64,000 nucleotides of DNA, taken from IMG/VR virus record IMGVR_UViG_3300046542_000086, positions 1-64,000 of that record. One strand, written 5' to 3'. The notes beneath the pieces were generated by a model that made no database searches, was not told where the DNA came from, and worked only from the letters and a program-made list of their open reading frames with translations. The stretch comes from a virus. The position numbers were made by a program, and so were the translations under genes. Of the stretch, positions 15,705 through 26,308 are shown piece by piece (within the stretch, counting starts at the first letter, position 1; every line of letters begins with the position of its first letter).

Positions 15705-16811
15705 TTACTTACCGTCTACACGAACCAGGTTCCACAACATATTGTGATCCCAGTCCTGATAAGTAGCCAGACGTGCTTCCATGTCCAGCTCTTTGTGGTC
15801 AACGTTACCGCCGACCGAACTGGTAGCCAGGTACGGTTCGTCGTGATCCAGGAAGATCGGATTCAGACAGAACAGCTTACCGTCCATCAACGCCACAACC
15901 GTTTCCTTGTAACCCGGTACGCCGAACAGCGCGACGTGGGTCAGTTGGATCTTGGCTTCGAAGCGATGCATGTCACGGATGTTACCCAGCGCCGCTTTCA
16001 CGGCTTCGATGGTTTTGTAGTTGCTGACCTGAATTTTCGGATTGATTGGTTTCCAGTCCGAACGATCAGGAGTTGGATACGGGTTAGCTTCAACCCGAGC
16101 ATCGAACTCTTCTTCCAGCACTACTGGTTTGTCCATGTCGATGACCGTAGTCTTGACGATGTCCACACCAGCTTGCAGTTCAGTGAAGCCTTTACCATCA
16201 ACGCGGGTTACGTCCCACAGCTCGCTCTTGCTGAAGTCTTCATAGCCATCAACGGCTTCTTCAACAGATTGAATAGTGGTATCCAGTACGCCACCTACCG
16301 AACAGGTGCTCAGGAACACGTTACCCTCACGGTCCATACCAACTTGGTTCAGGCAGAAGCGACTGTTGTTGTAGATAGCCACGACTACTTCACGACCACC
16401 TTTTTTACCGAACCGTGCAACGTGCGACAGTTGGGTCTTGGTGCCTTCTTGGTGGGCATCATCGATTAAGCCTTTAGCCAAGTTCACTGCGATGAAGATG
16501 GCTTCGTTCTGAACGATGCACTTAGCCCGGATACGCTCTTCACGAGTTTCCATAGGCAGCCACAGTGGTTCCAGCTTAGCGACGAATTCGTCGTTGACTG
16601 GATAGACGTCCAGCATTACGTTGTCACCTTCTTTGTAAGCATTGAAGATAACGTTGTTCTTGTTGCGAGTGTAGATCACTGGGGTGCCATCGATCGAGGC
16701 AACCACACAATGCTGAATCATGCTGCGACCCAGCACACCAACGGAACCATCACGCAGGGCAACGACGATAGCGTCGATTGCAGCGTTTACAGCTTGAGTG
16801 GAGATAGTCAT
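15705..16811 (-). CDS. Early protein with an internally duplicated domain
   Basis: Start MTISTQ after AAGAAGGA; two HVAxFG...FCLN...SVGG...LW...RVDGK repeats. Confidence 0.85.
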   Translation of the reverse strand: MTISTQAVNAAIDAIVVALRDGSVGVLGRSMIQHCVVASIDGTPVIYTRNKNNVIFNAYKEGDNVMLDVYPVNDEFVAKLEPLWLPMETREERIRAKCIVQNEAIFIAVNLAKGLIDDAHQEGTKTQLSHVARFGKKGGREVVVAIYNNSRFCLNQVGMDREGNVFLSTCSVGGVLDTTIQSVEEAVDGYEDFSKSELWDVTRVDGKGFTELQAGVDIVKTTVIDMDKPVVLEEEFDARVEANPYPTPDRSDWKPINPKIQVSNYKTIEAVKAALGNIRDMHRFEAKIQLTHVALFGVPGYKETVVALMDGKLFCLNPIFLDHDEPYLATSSVGGNVDHKELDMEARLATYQDWDHNMLWNLVRVDGK

Positions 16812-16864
16812 GATACTTTCCTTCTTAGGATTGGGATTAGATGAACGAGATATTGCTATCCTAT

Positions 16865-16896
16865 TCACCTGAGTAATATGTATCTGAGATTTTTTT
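16865..16896 (-). promoter_or_regulatory. phiKZ-type early promoter
   Basis: AAAATCTCAGATACATATTACTCAGGTGA. Confidence 0.75.
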
Positions 16897-16996
16897 ATTT
16901 CAACAAATCGGCACAGATCCCTCTGTACACATATGTCAACAAAGTAATTTTAAATGAGCGGTATTTTGTGACTACCGTTACTCTTGAGGCTCGACC

Positions 16997-18223
16997 ATGT
17001 CTTCTAGTATTAAGGAGGTCTTTAAAAGAGAGCTTAAAGACCTAGAGTTGGACAGCAAGCTGGTAAAGCGATTGTCCCACTTCAAGCACGCCTTCATTAA
17101 CAAGAACGACGATCACATCAAGTTCTTCGGTGGTAACCTCTTGGGCGTAGAGGTTGTTCGCTATCTACAGGCAGACCGGGATGAATGGTTCAGTGAGGTA
17201 CTGGACGTGGACGACGTCTCCCTGACTGAGTCCCTCTATTCGTTGGAAGTGATCAACGAGGAATACAAACGCACCTCGGACGTGGTCAACCTAACCAGCG
17301 TCTGGCTGCTACACGCGATCTCTAACTCCAATAAGCTCAGTGCTGCGGAGAAAGAAAAAGCGATGATCGATGTGGTGTACATGTTGCAGGTGAAGTTTAT
17401 CACCAGTATCTTTGCCCACTACTTTAAGTTCCCTGCTGACAAAGAGATTGCTCAGGCTGTCTACGAGTCGTTGAGTCGTAAGTACGCACTCAAGCAAGCC
17501 GGTAGCTGGAATGCGCTGTTCACTGAACGGTCCAAAGACGTGATTGCCCACAACAGCATCCACCTCAAGACCATCAAGAACTTTGATGACGATGATGCGA
17601 TCTTGTACATGATCACAGACATCCAAGGGCGTATCCGGGAAGTTGTGAAGAAGATGTACGCGGTGTTGATCCAGATGCGCGATAACAAAGACCGCATCCA
17701 CTCGACCACCAGCATTGCTTTGACGACCGATGGGGAAGCTATCCTCAAAGACCGTCAACGTAGCTTCTCGACGTACAAGCGGTACATCCACAGTGTGATC
17801 CCTGATAGACAAACGTTTATCCGTGACGAGGTGGTGTCAGTTATTACAGATGCCATGCACACTATGTCCCCGAAGTTATTTATCGACGTATTGGAACACT
17901 GTAGTGCTAACTACGGCAAAGCCCAACACGCTGAGATTGGGGAGTTGTGCGATGAGACGTTACTCCACGCCTTTGAGTTCTTGGCCACTAACCGTGCGCT
18001 ACTGCGCAACCAAGGCGACCTGAGTAAACTCCTAACGCGTCTGCGTTCGTTGTATATGGCCTCCCGGATGGTAGATCCTGTATTACTGAAAATGCGTGAC
18101 CTTGCTGACAGCATTGTAGCCAAGTCCTCAATCAGTAAGAACAAAGCCATGCAAGCCAGTCTCCGAACGGGTTTGGAGTTGTACATCGTCCTGCGCACCT
18201 TTACCATGAACTACTACTCTTGA
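16997..18223 (+). CDS. Conserved virion structural protein (phiKZ gp32-like)
   Basis: FFGGNLLGV motif, size, and position convergent on terminase. Confidence 0.75.
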   Translation: MSSSIKEVFKRELKDLELDSKLVKRLSHFKHAFINKNDDHIKFFGGNLLGVEVVRYLQADRDEWFSEVLDVDDVSLTESLYSLEVINEEYKRTSDVVNLTSVWLLHAISNSNKLSAAEKEKAMIDVVYMLQVKFITSIFAHYFKFPADKEIAQAVYESLSRKYALKQAGSWNALFTERSKDVIAHNSIHLKTIKNFDDDDAILYMITDIQGRIREVVKKMYAVLIQMRDNKDRIHSTTSIALTTDGEAILKDRQRSFSTYKRYIHSVIPDRQTFIRDEVVSVITDAMHTMSPKLFIDVLEHCSANYGKAQHAEIGELCDETLLHAFEFLATNRALLRNQGDLSKLLTRLRSLYMASRMVDPVLLKMRDLADSIVAKSSISKNKAMQASLRTGLELYIVLRTFTMNYYS

Positions 18224-18230
18224 GGCAACC

Positions 18231-18599
18231 ATGAAAGAACTGCTCCGCGCACTGGGCACCCAATTCAATACTGAAAAGTCGAAGTGGGATCTGATCATCG
18301 AGCGTCCTCCGTTTGAGCCGGAGTTGCGTAAGATTATCAAAAGTACCCGACAGGTGATTAAGACCACCACGAAGATCAGAAGTTGGCAGTGCCTGTGGTG
18401 GAATGGTTACGAGGAAGAAGTGGTGGTGGATTACCACGTTGTTCACTACCTGGTTCGCGGTGACGTCCTGTCGTACACCAAACGCTCTACCAATGGGCAG
18501 GTTGATCCTGCTAAGTTGGAAGCGTTGTACCAAGAGTCGTTGTTCTACGTCAAAGGTGCTTTGGCTGAAGACGAGTTCTTCGCCGAGATCAATGAGTAA
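18231..18599 (+). CDS. Hypothetical protein
   Basis: GAGG RBS, follows the previous gene. Confidence 0.75.
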   Translation: MKELLRALGTQFNTEKSKWDLIIERPPFEPELRKIIKSTRQVIKTTTKIRSWQCLWWNGYEEEVVVDYHVVHYLVRGDVLSYTKRSTNGQVDPAKLEALYQESLFYVKGALAEDEFFAEINE

Positions 18600-18600
18600 G

Positions 18601-18638
18601 CGCATAACGAGGGAGGCCTAGGCCTCCCTCTATGCCGT
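18601..18638. terminator. Bidirectional hairpin with TATGC tails
   Basis: CGCATAAC-GAGGGAGGCC-TA-GGCCTCCCTC-TATGCCG. Confidence 0.8.
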
Positions 18639-20849
18639 CTATCGACGCATCAGTGCTTGCCAGTGACTGGTGTCACGTTTGGTCGAGTTACCGCCCCAGT
18701 TGATTCCCTTCTGGAAGAAATCACTTTGAGTCAGTCGCTGAGACTTCTGGTTACGAGCCATCCGTTCATCAGCCGCACGCTTGATCAAGGAGTCCATGTT
18801 AGTGATCTCCTCGGAGTCTTCCTCAACCCGAGTACTCAAGAACCGCAAACGAGCCTCACACTTAGTCACAGTGAAAGTATCATTAGCATCCGTGAGCTGA
18901 GCGTACAAGTCGTCAATCTCCTTACGGAACAGCTTCTGCATCTGTCGCTCGTAGATCTCCTCCTGAGTCATCTGCTTACTATTGTCACTGACCCCAATCA
19001 TTACCTGACTTCGGTCAATCCCATAGAACTCGAGGTTCTTCCCGATCGTGAGCAACCAGTTCGCCAACAGCCACGCAACTACCGTGTCATCGTGTCCAGA
19101 AGCTTCGTGGTCAATCCTACCCCGCTTCACTACCAACGCTCGGATCTCTCCTGACAGCACCTTATCCCTCACCAGATGTCCTGCCTTCTTCGCCGCGTTC
19201 TGCAACACAGTGGAGTAGAGGGTCATCCGTGATTCAGCTGAGGTGTTGAAACCAAAGTACTTCTTGGTCGTGTCGTAGAAGCTGGTGGTACGACTACCCG
19301 CAGGCTTGGAGATCTCTTTGAACAGATCTGGCTTCTCGTTAGCTTCATCGACAATGCGGTTGAAGATACGACGGAATGGATCGATACCGTGTTTAGGCAG
19401 GATCATCAACAGGGCGTCAACGATCATCTGGCCAGTGGACTTCTTCTCAGGGATCAAGGTCATGTTAGGGTACTTAACCATGATCTCAGCCAGAGCGTTC
19501 GAGAAGCGGATCAAGTTGGTTTCGTTCACAGTGAACGCACCGACTACCGACAGGTCACGCGCAGAGATAATCACACCAGCAATGGCGTCTCGCCCTACGG
19601 CTTCTGAAGTATCGAGACCGAGGATAAACTGGTCGTTGCGTTTGGCCGCTTCCAGTTCCTTCTCGTCCAAGTACCAACGAATGCAGTACAGCTCTTTCGT
19701 GATCTCGGTGTGTTTGACATCTCGTACCGAATCGCGAATCTTTTCGTTGAGTGCTGGAGACAGTGGAGAACTCTGTGTACCAGAAGTCCACACGTTGAAG
19801 AAGTCACGGTCAGCTGCTTCACCAAACGAGGAAGCCTGTGCCATCGCTTCGTACAGCCATTCGTCAGTGTAACCCAATTGACGGTGACTGAAGGTAGCGT
19901 TGATCATCAACTTACGACCAGCGCAGTTGACTTTAACCATTTGACGTAGTGCTTCCAGATCCATGCAGTCGTAGAACAGTTCAGTCCAAGTCGCTGCACC
20001 GTGGATCATGTCGTACATGAACTTACCGTCACGGTCGTCTTTCTTACCGGCGGTTGTGGTAAAGATGTTTCCGTGTGGAGCCCCGTGTAGCTTAGCTTCA
20101 GCACGAGCGGTAGTAGCAGCAGCCAGTGCAGCAGGCAGTGTAGTACCGATGTGGTTAATGAAGGGACCTTCGTCGATGTGGGTAATCGGAGCAGTCAAAC
20201 CCCGACCCAAGTTGTTTGCAGTGGACTCAGAGTTCTGAGCAACACCAGTGGTGTACTGGTTGTTGTGTTCCTTACAAGTAACTTCGAATTGGTTGTCCGA
20301 GTCTTCGCGGTGCTTAGGTACCAAGTACTGCGGCAACAGGTCACGCAGCTTCTTAATACGCTCCACGTTCTTCTTACGCAGACCGTCATCCTTCGTGATC
20401 ATGTTGATGATGGAGTTACCAGCACCAATGAACAGAAGCCACAACATCACACAGTCAGTAGACACTGACTTACCTGTCTGTCGTGGTTGGATCAACGCGA
20501 TGTCGATACTGTTTAAGAAAGCCCAGGTGATCGCAATGTTGCCCCGGTTCGCTTTGTACGAAATAGGGTTAGGGCCGGACACTGGAGGAATGCGGACGAC
20601 TTCACGCAGGAAGTACCAGATGTTGTAGCGACACTCCAAACCGATCGCAATCTTGGTTGCATCAGACAGAATAGCGCTGTGTGGATCTACCCCTTTCAAG
20701 TCTTGGTTGATCAAGGCTAAGGGGAAAAACCGGTTCTTTATGCCCATTTCATCGTACAAGGAAACCAGTCGTAGAAAGGACTCGTTCTTTGTGTCGAAGT
20801 CTGGTCTGGCAGTACTAAACCGATTCCAATCTTGGTGAAATAGAATCAT
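18639..20849 (-). CDS. terL: Terminase large subunit (phiKZ gp25-like)
   Basis: Walker A PRQTGKS, Walker B THIDE, motif III TTT, nuclease LGLDTS and HDD; start MILFHQDW. Confidence 0.95.
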   Translation of the reverse strand: MILFHQDWNRFSTARPDFDTKNESFLRLVSLYDEMGIKNRFFPLALINQDLKGVDPHSAILSDATKIAIGLECRYNIWYFLREVVRIPPVSGPNPISYKANRGNIAITWAFLNSIDIALIQPRQTGKSVSTDCVMLWLLFIGAGNSIINMITKDDGLRKKNVERIKKLRDLLPQYLVPKHREDSDNQFEVTCKEHNNQYTTGVAQNSESTANNLGRGLTAPITHIDEGPFINHIGTTLPAALAAATTARAEAKLHGAPHGNIFTTTAGKKDDRDGKFMYDMIHGAATWTELFYDCMDLEALRQMVKVNCAGRKLMINATFSHRQLGYTDEWLYEAMAQASSFGEAADRDFFNVWTSGTQSSPLSPALNEKIRDSVRDVKHTEITKELYCIRWYLDEKELEAAKRNDQFILGLDTSEAVGRDAIAGVIISARDLSVVGAFTVNETNLIRFSNALAEIMVKYPNMTLIPEKKSTGQMIVDALLMILPKHGIDPFRRIFNRIVDEANEKPDLFKEISKPAGSRTTSFYDTTKKYFGFNTSAESRMTLYSTVLQNAAKKAGHLVRDKVLSGEIRALVVKRGRIDHEASGHDDTVVAWLLANWLLTIGKNLEFYGIDRSQVMIGVSDNSKQMTQEEIYERQMQKLFRKEIDDLYAQLTDANDTFTVTKCEARLRFLSTRVEEDSEEITNMDSLIKRAADERMARNQKSQRLTQSDFFQKGINWGGNSTKRDTSHWQALMRR

Positions 20850-20895
20850 AGGGGAACCCGTGGGTATAGGGAAGTATTCATAGGTATACCCCACA

Positions 20896-20925
20896 GGGCA
20901 TAAACGGAGCCCGAAGGCCCCGTTC
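20896..20925 (-). terminator. UUCG hairpin with TTTATGCC tail
   Basis: AACGGGGCC-TTCG-GGCTCCGTT-TATGCCC. Confidence 0.7.
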
Positions 20926-20932
20926 ACTTAGA

Positions 20933-22621
20933 TCACGCCGAAGCGTCCTGTTGCAACACGATCATGCCACCGATGCCGAGCTGGAGATCAGCCTCAGGTA
21001 GACGACGGATGAAGCGAATGAACAACGGTTCACCACTTGCCGGTACCGCAGGAACCAACAGCTCAGTGTTCCAACGATCAATCGGGTAAGTGTACTCCGT
21101 ACCATTGATCATCAAGATGAAATGGTTTGGTTCTGGAGCACGGGTTTCCGATTGGGTGTTAACCAACGGCTCGGAGTTGTAGAACACCTTCTGGAGCCAA
21201 GTCGATTGCAATTCCAGTCCGCAGTCGATCTTGATCTTCCAGTTGTTGACGTTGACAAAGGTCGTGATCGCTCGCAGACCCTTACCGTACAACTCAGCTT
21301 GACCTGGACTGTACTCGATGTTCCAACCGTTGCTGGTGTCGTTCCCTGGAGCCAACAGACCGATACCAATCTCTTGCGAGTGGCGCCAGTTACCGTAGCT
21401 GGAGTCCAAGTCAGACATGTTGATACCGACTGTAACCCGCTGAAGCGGACCGTAAGCAATCGGATCGAACGGGTTGGAGTTCACACCGAAGGTCACCATC
21501 GAAGTCACTTCGAAGAACTGCGAACGGTTCAAGTTGAACAAGAACCAGCGCAGGCGGTAACCCGATACAGCATCGACCCATTGCGGGAAGCAGAACAGCT
21601 TGACCGAGAACGCACCATCGAGTCGTGTAGTGGTTGCCCAATACGGAACCGACATGTGTTTCTGCAAGCTGGCTGAAGCGCCGTAGACGTATTCCTCAGC
21701 CGACAGACGGTAAGACAGAACCAACTCAACCTTCTGACCTACGATCGTCGCAATGAAGTTCTGCAAGCCGTACAGGTTGAACTTAGTACCATCCACTGGG
21801 AACTGTTTCTTCGAACCGTCACTGTAAGTCACCACACCTCGGGCGTTGAGGGCTTCGACTGGCATGTTGATCGCAAACTTCAACAGACTGTCATCGCCTT
21901 CCGAGATAAACGGAGACTCCAAGTGAATACTGGTGATGAACTTCTTCGACGCGTCCGTAGTACGGATAAACGCCGTGTTCATGATCAACAGTTTAGCCAA
22001 CGAGGTCACGTTACCGACATCATCGTACATTACGACAGTGACGACTTCGTTATCCGGCAGCTGCTGGTTCGTGTAACCAACCATCGGGGTTTTCACCGCG
22101 TAGTTGATTGCTGAAGGAACACCTGACTGTGGGTTGGTCGGCATCTGAACCAGTTCGAGTGGGATGTTCTCCCCGAGCAAAGTACCACCTTGGTCATACA
22201 TCGCCGAGATGACTTTGGACTCGTCACTGATGTCCGTACCCCAGAACACTTTGATCTGACTCACGCTAGTACCGTACACCCGCAAGCGAGAGTCGATAGC
22301 CAGTACGTGAGGGATTACCGAAGTGTCCAGATACACACGGTAGGATTCTGACTGATAGCCAGGTCCCACGCCCAACAGCATGTCTTCCTCGGTCACAGTC
22401 TCACCGGTAGCCGGTGGAACGTATTGAACCAGTTGGCTCAGACCAGTAGACAGGTTGACACTGGCGACGCGCCACAGACCAGTGATCCAGTCCCAGACTT
22501 CATCGTCGATGTTGGGGATGTATACACCAGTACCCGTGGGGCCGGTATAGATTTCACTTTTTAGCCACCGACGGTGTCCCCGGTTAGGATCGCCAATCGG
22601 GACAATAGCCACATCACTCAT
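20933..22621 (-). CDS. Virion structural protein (phiKZ gp26-like)
   Basis: Size, beta-rich composition, synteny with terL. Confidence 0.75.
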   Translation of the reverse strand: MSDVAIVPIGDPNRGHRRWLKSEIYTGPTGTGVYIPNIDDEVWDWITGLWRVASVNLSTGLSQLVQYVPPATGETVTEEDMLLGVGPGYQSESYRVYLDTSVIPHVLAIDSRLRVYGTSVSQIKVFWGTDISDESKVISAMYDQGGTLLGENIPLELVQMPTNPQSGVPSAINYAVKTPMVGYTNQQLPDNEVVTVVMYDDVGNVTSLAKLLIMNTAFIRTTDASKKFITSIHLESPFISEGDDSLLKFAINMPVEALNARGVVTYSDGSKKQFPVDGTKFNLYGLQNFIATIVGQKVELVLSYRLSAEEYVYGASASLQKHMSVPYWATTTRLDGAFSVKLFCFPQWVDAVSGYRLRWFLFNLNRSQFFEVTSMVTFGVNSNPFDPIAYGPLQRVTVGINMSDLDSSYGNWRHSQEIGIGLLAPGNDTSNGWNIEYSPGQAELYGKGLRAITTFVNVNNWKIKIDCGLELQSTWLQKVFYNSEPLVNTQSETRAPEPNHFILMINGTEYTYPIDRWNTELLVPAVPASGEPLFIRFIRRLPEADLQLGIGGMIVLQQDASA

Positions 22622-22623
22622 GG

Positions 22624-25194
22624 TTATACCCATCCGTCTTTGATAGAGATAAAGTGACTGATGTCAACTTTAGACTCCAAGTAAAAGGCAATAGCCCGTT
22701 TTAAGAAGTTGTACTGGTAGATGTTCAACTCCACTACGCTGGACCGGTGGTGTGGATGGATACTGACGTACCGCGTGTCCACATCCTGCTTACACGGATC
22801 GAAATCCAGCAGGTACTCGTAAGAGGCCAGCCAACGCTTGATGTCCATGTCACCGTAGTGGGTCATCATCTGGTCGTCCCAGATCACTCCACTGATCAGG
22901 TCAAACATCACCTTGCACGCAAACGGGCTGAACACCTCGTAACGCTCAGTGATAACGTTTGGATCAGACACCTGTGGCTCAGGAAGCTTCAAGGTGAGGT
23001 AGTTGGAGATACTCGTGTCGATTGCCTGCGACTTAGCACGCAATGAGTAAGTGTTCTCGTCCACCAGATTACGCAACGGGACAACCACGTCATCAATCAG
23101 GTACGGGCTTCCGTTTTGCACGACGTTAGTGAGGTACACACCACTGTGCTCTTCTGCAAACTTCAGCTTGTCACGAGTCAGCGTCTTTCCACGCACGATG
23201 ATCCGCATGACTTTGTCGTCACGAATATCGAAGCGTTTATTACGACTGAGCAAACCTAGGTTCACAAAACCAAACTCAGCAGGTGGCTCCATCGACATGT
23301 CGTCGTCAGGGAAACCTGTTACCCGCACCACTACGTTCTGGGTGTCACCTGGGACCAAGAACTCGCGGTTCGTGATCGTGACGTACGGCCAGTTCAAGAA
23401 GTAGTCGAGACCTTCGATCAAGGCGTGTCGATTCAAGAACAGTTCGACCTTACCCATCCGCAGGTTCATCGGCTGGTTATAGTAGTTACCGTCGCTGCGC
23501 TTTTCAGTCGCTTTGATCGGGAAGTAGTACAACCCATCTGGAGCTGTGATGTTGACGCTGTAAGTCAGGAACTTGCGGTCATCACGTACAGCGGTATACC
23601 ACGACACTCGGTCGAGCATCCAGACCACTTTACCATCAACGAAGGTGTAGTCAACGTCTTCCACCGCCGTGACCCAGTTATACGACGGCGTACCAGCCAC
23701 CATCGAACACTTGTAGTATCGATAGTTGTAGACCGGATCAATCGTCGTGGTCAGGGCGTTATAGACAGTGTCCAAGATCTCAGAACCTGTCCCCACCAGA
23801 GCCTCAACCAAACGACAGTCGACGTTACGTGGGTTGTAGTAGACCCCGGAGGTGTGAGGATAGATCCCCAATAGCAAACCGTCAGCGTCAAACTCGTAGC
23901 ACGTCGCCGCACTCTGCAAACCGTAAGGCATGGTCGCAAAGCGGTCACGGGTGAGTACTGTCACCTTCTGTGGCGTGTCAGCAACCAACTTACTGATGGC
24001 GTTGTAGCCATAAGCGTTCTGTACCAACTCACGAGTAATCCCAGGACCTAAGTCCCGCATCACTTTAGGGTACATGGCTGCTTCGAGGTTGTCGGCTCGC
24101 CAAACGGCTACAGTCGATTCAATCCCGAGCATGGCTTTAGGGATGTCTGCCGCACTGAGTTTGTACAACTCTTTAATGCGGGAGTTCTCATTCACCAGCG
24201 GACGTTTCCATCCTGACTCACGAATGCACAACCGAACCGTGATGTCTGAGGGATTGGACCAACCTTCTTTAGCCGCAATGAAACCTGCCACGTAAGGCAC
24301 TACAATCGAGTAGTCCTTGTGCGTGACCATGCGCATCGAGTCTTCCTGATTGCGGTGATGGAACACCCCAGTAAAGCGACCGTTGGTCTCTTTCTTGATC
24401 AGGTAGATGTCAATGTCATCGCAGTAGTCGATCGTTTCCTGTTGGTCAGCGGTGTAGTGCAACAGGTACTTGAACTTATTGTCCAAGCTACTGGTGAACG
24501 TACTGAGCCCACTGATCGGCAAGTCTACTACCCGACGAATTGTCGAATCGTAAACGTACTCCAACACATCCCCCACCTTGTAGCGGTTAGGTTGGAAGTC
24601 GTCGACCAGATAGCCGTTGCAGTAAGCGTAGGTGTGACCCAACTTAGCTTTCCAAGCGAGGTACTCACGTTGGAAGGTTAGCAGGCGACCAGAGTCTCCA
24701 TCGAACGTGTAGCCATTAACGACCACAGAGTTCGCCACGTTGTACGAACGTTCAGAAGCCAAGTAGGCGTTGGAGTAAACCCGGAAGAACACGGGCTCGT
24801 TGTACAGGCTATCAAACTGCTCGTTACGCTTAATGGCGATCACGAGGTTTCGATCACCCATCACTTGGAAATACGCCAAGTGGCGAGGAATCTGAACACC
24901 GTCGTTGTTGTACAGATCCACCATCATCTTCGCCTCATTACAGACGACGGAGAACGGGGTCCAGGTCTTCCACGAGTCAACCAACCCGAGGAGCTTAGGA
25001 TGAATCTGTCCAATCCAGTAAACGTTGAAGGTATCGGTGCGGTTTGGCAACACGATGGTTTGCCATTCTACATCGACCAAACGAGTAGTACCGTACGGCC
25101 CAGTGATGTGTGCCAAACGGTAGATGTATTGATAGTCCTGATCGGGAGTGCACCAGACATTGTCTAGCGCGTGCTCAATCAAGAAATCAGACAT
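22624..25194 (-). CDS. Virion structural protein (phiKZ gp27-like)
   Basis: HALDNVWCTPDQD N-terminus, MVTHKDYS motif, synteny. Confidence 0.75.
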   Translation of the reverse strand: MSDFLIEHALDNVWCTPDQDYQYIYRLAHITGPYGTTRLVDVEWQTIVLPNRTDTFNVYWIGQIHPKLLGLVDSWKTWTPFSVVCNEAKMMVDLYNNDGVQIPRHLAYFQVMGDRNLVIAIKRNEQFDSLYNEPVFFRVYSNAYLASERSYNVANSVVVNGYTFDGDSGRLLTFQREYLAWKAKLGHTYAYCNGYLVDDFQPNRYKVGDVLEYVYDSTIRRVVDLPISGLSTFTSSLDNKFKYLLHYTADQQETIDYCDDIDIYLIKKETNGRFTGVFHHRNQEDSMRMVTHKDYSIVVPYVAGFIAAKEGWSNPSDITVRLCIRESGWKRPLVNENSRIKELYKLSAADIPKAMLGIESTVAVWRADNLEAAMYPKVMRDLGPGITRELVQNAYGYNAISKLVADTPQKVTVLTRDRFATMPYGLQSAATCYEFDADGLLLGIYPHTSGVYYNPRNVDCRLVEALVGTGSEILDTVYNALTTTIDPVYNYRYYKCSMVAGTPSYNWVTAVEDVDYTFVDGKVVWMLDRVSWYTAVRDDRKFLTYSVNITAPDGLYYFPIKATEKRSDGNYYNQPMNLRMGKVELFLNRHALIEGLDYFLNWPYVTITNREFLVPGDTQNVVVRVTGFPDDDMSMEPPAEFGFVNLGLLSRNKRFDIRDDKVMRIIVRGKTLTRDKLKFAEEHSGVYLTNVVQNGSPYLIDDVVVPLRNLVDENTYSLRAKSQAIDTSISNYLTLKLPEPQVSDPNVITERYEVFSPFACKVMFDLISGVIWDDQMMTHYGDMDIKRWLASYEYLLDFDPCKQDVDTRYVSIHPHHRSSVVELNIYQYNFLKRAIAFYLESKVDISHFISIKDGWV

Positions 25195-26098
25195 TCAAGG
25201 CCTCGATTAGACGTGAAACGTTCAGGAGGAAACTCTTGCCTGCGTTGTTACGATCGGACGCTTGAACGATCTTGGCAACACCCGAGTTACGGTAGCTGCG
25301 ATCCAACAGAGACATGTACACCATCGCCAAAAACGTCGGGACGTGTTCCAGTGCCACAGCCATGGTTTCTTTCTGGTTCAGACCAAACCAACCACCGCCA
25401 ACAATAGCGAACAACAGTGGAACGTTGAGGTTCTCACCGCGCTTGTTGTTCAGCACTTCTTTAAGCACTGCAACGAAGTCTTCTGGACCGTCCATGTGAC
25501 GCAATGAAGCGGCGTGATCGAATACCACGTCGGCTGGAATGCGGGTAGCTCGAGCTACTTTCAACGCAATCTTTTGCAGTTCACGCTCGTCGAGTTCTTC
25601 GGCAGGACGGAACATACAAGCGTACCAAACGGCAGCAGTCATGGTGATCAGCATTTGTTCTTGCGGACTGAACATCAAACGCTTGGTGATGTTCTCACCG
25701 AGGTAACGGGCAAACACGGTCATGGGGAGATCACCCAAACCAGCCATGTCTTCTACACCGTAACGGTGGGCATAAACAGTCAGTGCAGCACGCACCATGT
25801 TGAAGTTGTATTCACCCATGTTGCTGATGCTCAGCTCGTCACCCTTACGACCACGAGTGTAACCCCGTACGTCCAGAATCACCATCTCGCTGCCGTCACG
25901 CGACTTGAAGAACAGTGGGTGAGCAAAGCCGGGTACTTCTTTGTTCTCAGGACTCACGCCCCAGACGCAATTGATGTACTTACCATTCAGCTTCAGAGGT
26001 TGCAGCTCGCCTTCAATCTCAGCGAGGGACAGAGCCTTTTTAATGCCGTCCATTTGGTACCCAGCACAGGGTTTTGTTTCATACGGTGAGATCTTCAT
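25187..26098 (-). CDS. Conserved protein (phiKZ gp28-like)
   Basis: PYET and FAHPL motifs; divergent from the sheath gene. Confidence 0.75.
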   Translation of the reverse strand: MKISPYETKPCAGYQMDGIKKALSLAEIEGELQPLKLNGKYINCVWGVSPENKEVPGFAHPLFFKSRDGSEMVILDVRGYTRGRKGDELSISNMGEYNFNMVRAALTVYAHRYGVEDMAGLGDLPMTVFARYLGENITKRLMFSPQEQMLITMTAAVWYACMFRPAEELDERELQKIALKVARATRIPADVVFDHAASLRHMDGPEDFVAVLKEVLNNKRGENLNVPLLFAIVGGGWFGLNQKETMAVALEHVPTFLAMVYMSLLDRSYRNSGVAKIVQASDRNNAGKSFLLNVSRLIEALNV

Positions 26099-26308
26099 TC
26101 GCTCAGGTCCCCAGTGGAATGTAGGTGTAAAAGTTTACTAAACCGACATATATACATTTTAACTTAGAATAGTATGATGTATTCCATCGGTACGGTAACT
26201 ATACCATTCAAGTCAATTCTCTCTCTAAAGGACCATGGCCTTGAAAGATGAGAGATTTGAGTGGGTTCCCAAAGCGGTAACTTAGATAGATCTATCACAG
26301 GAGCTGTT

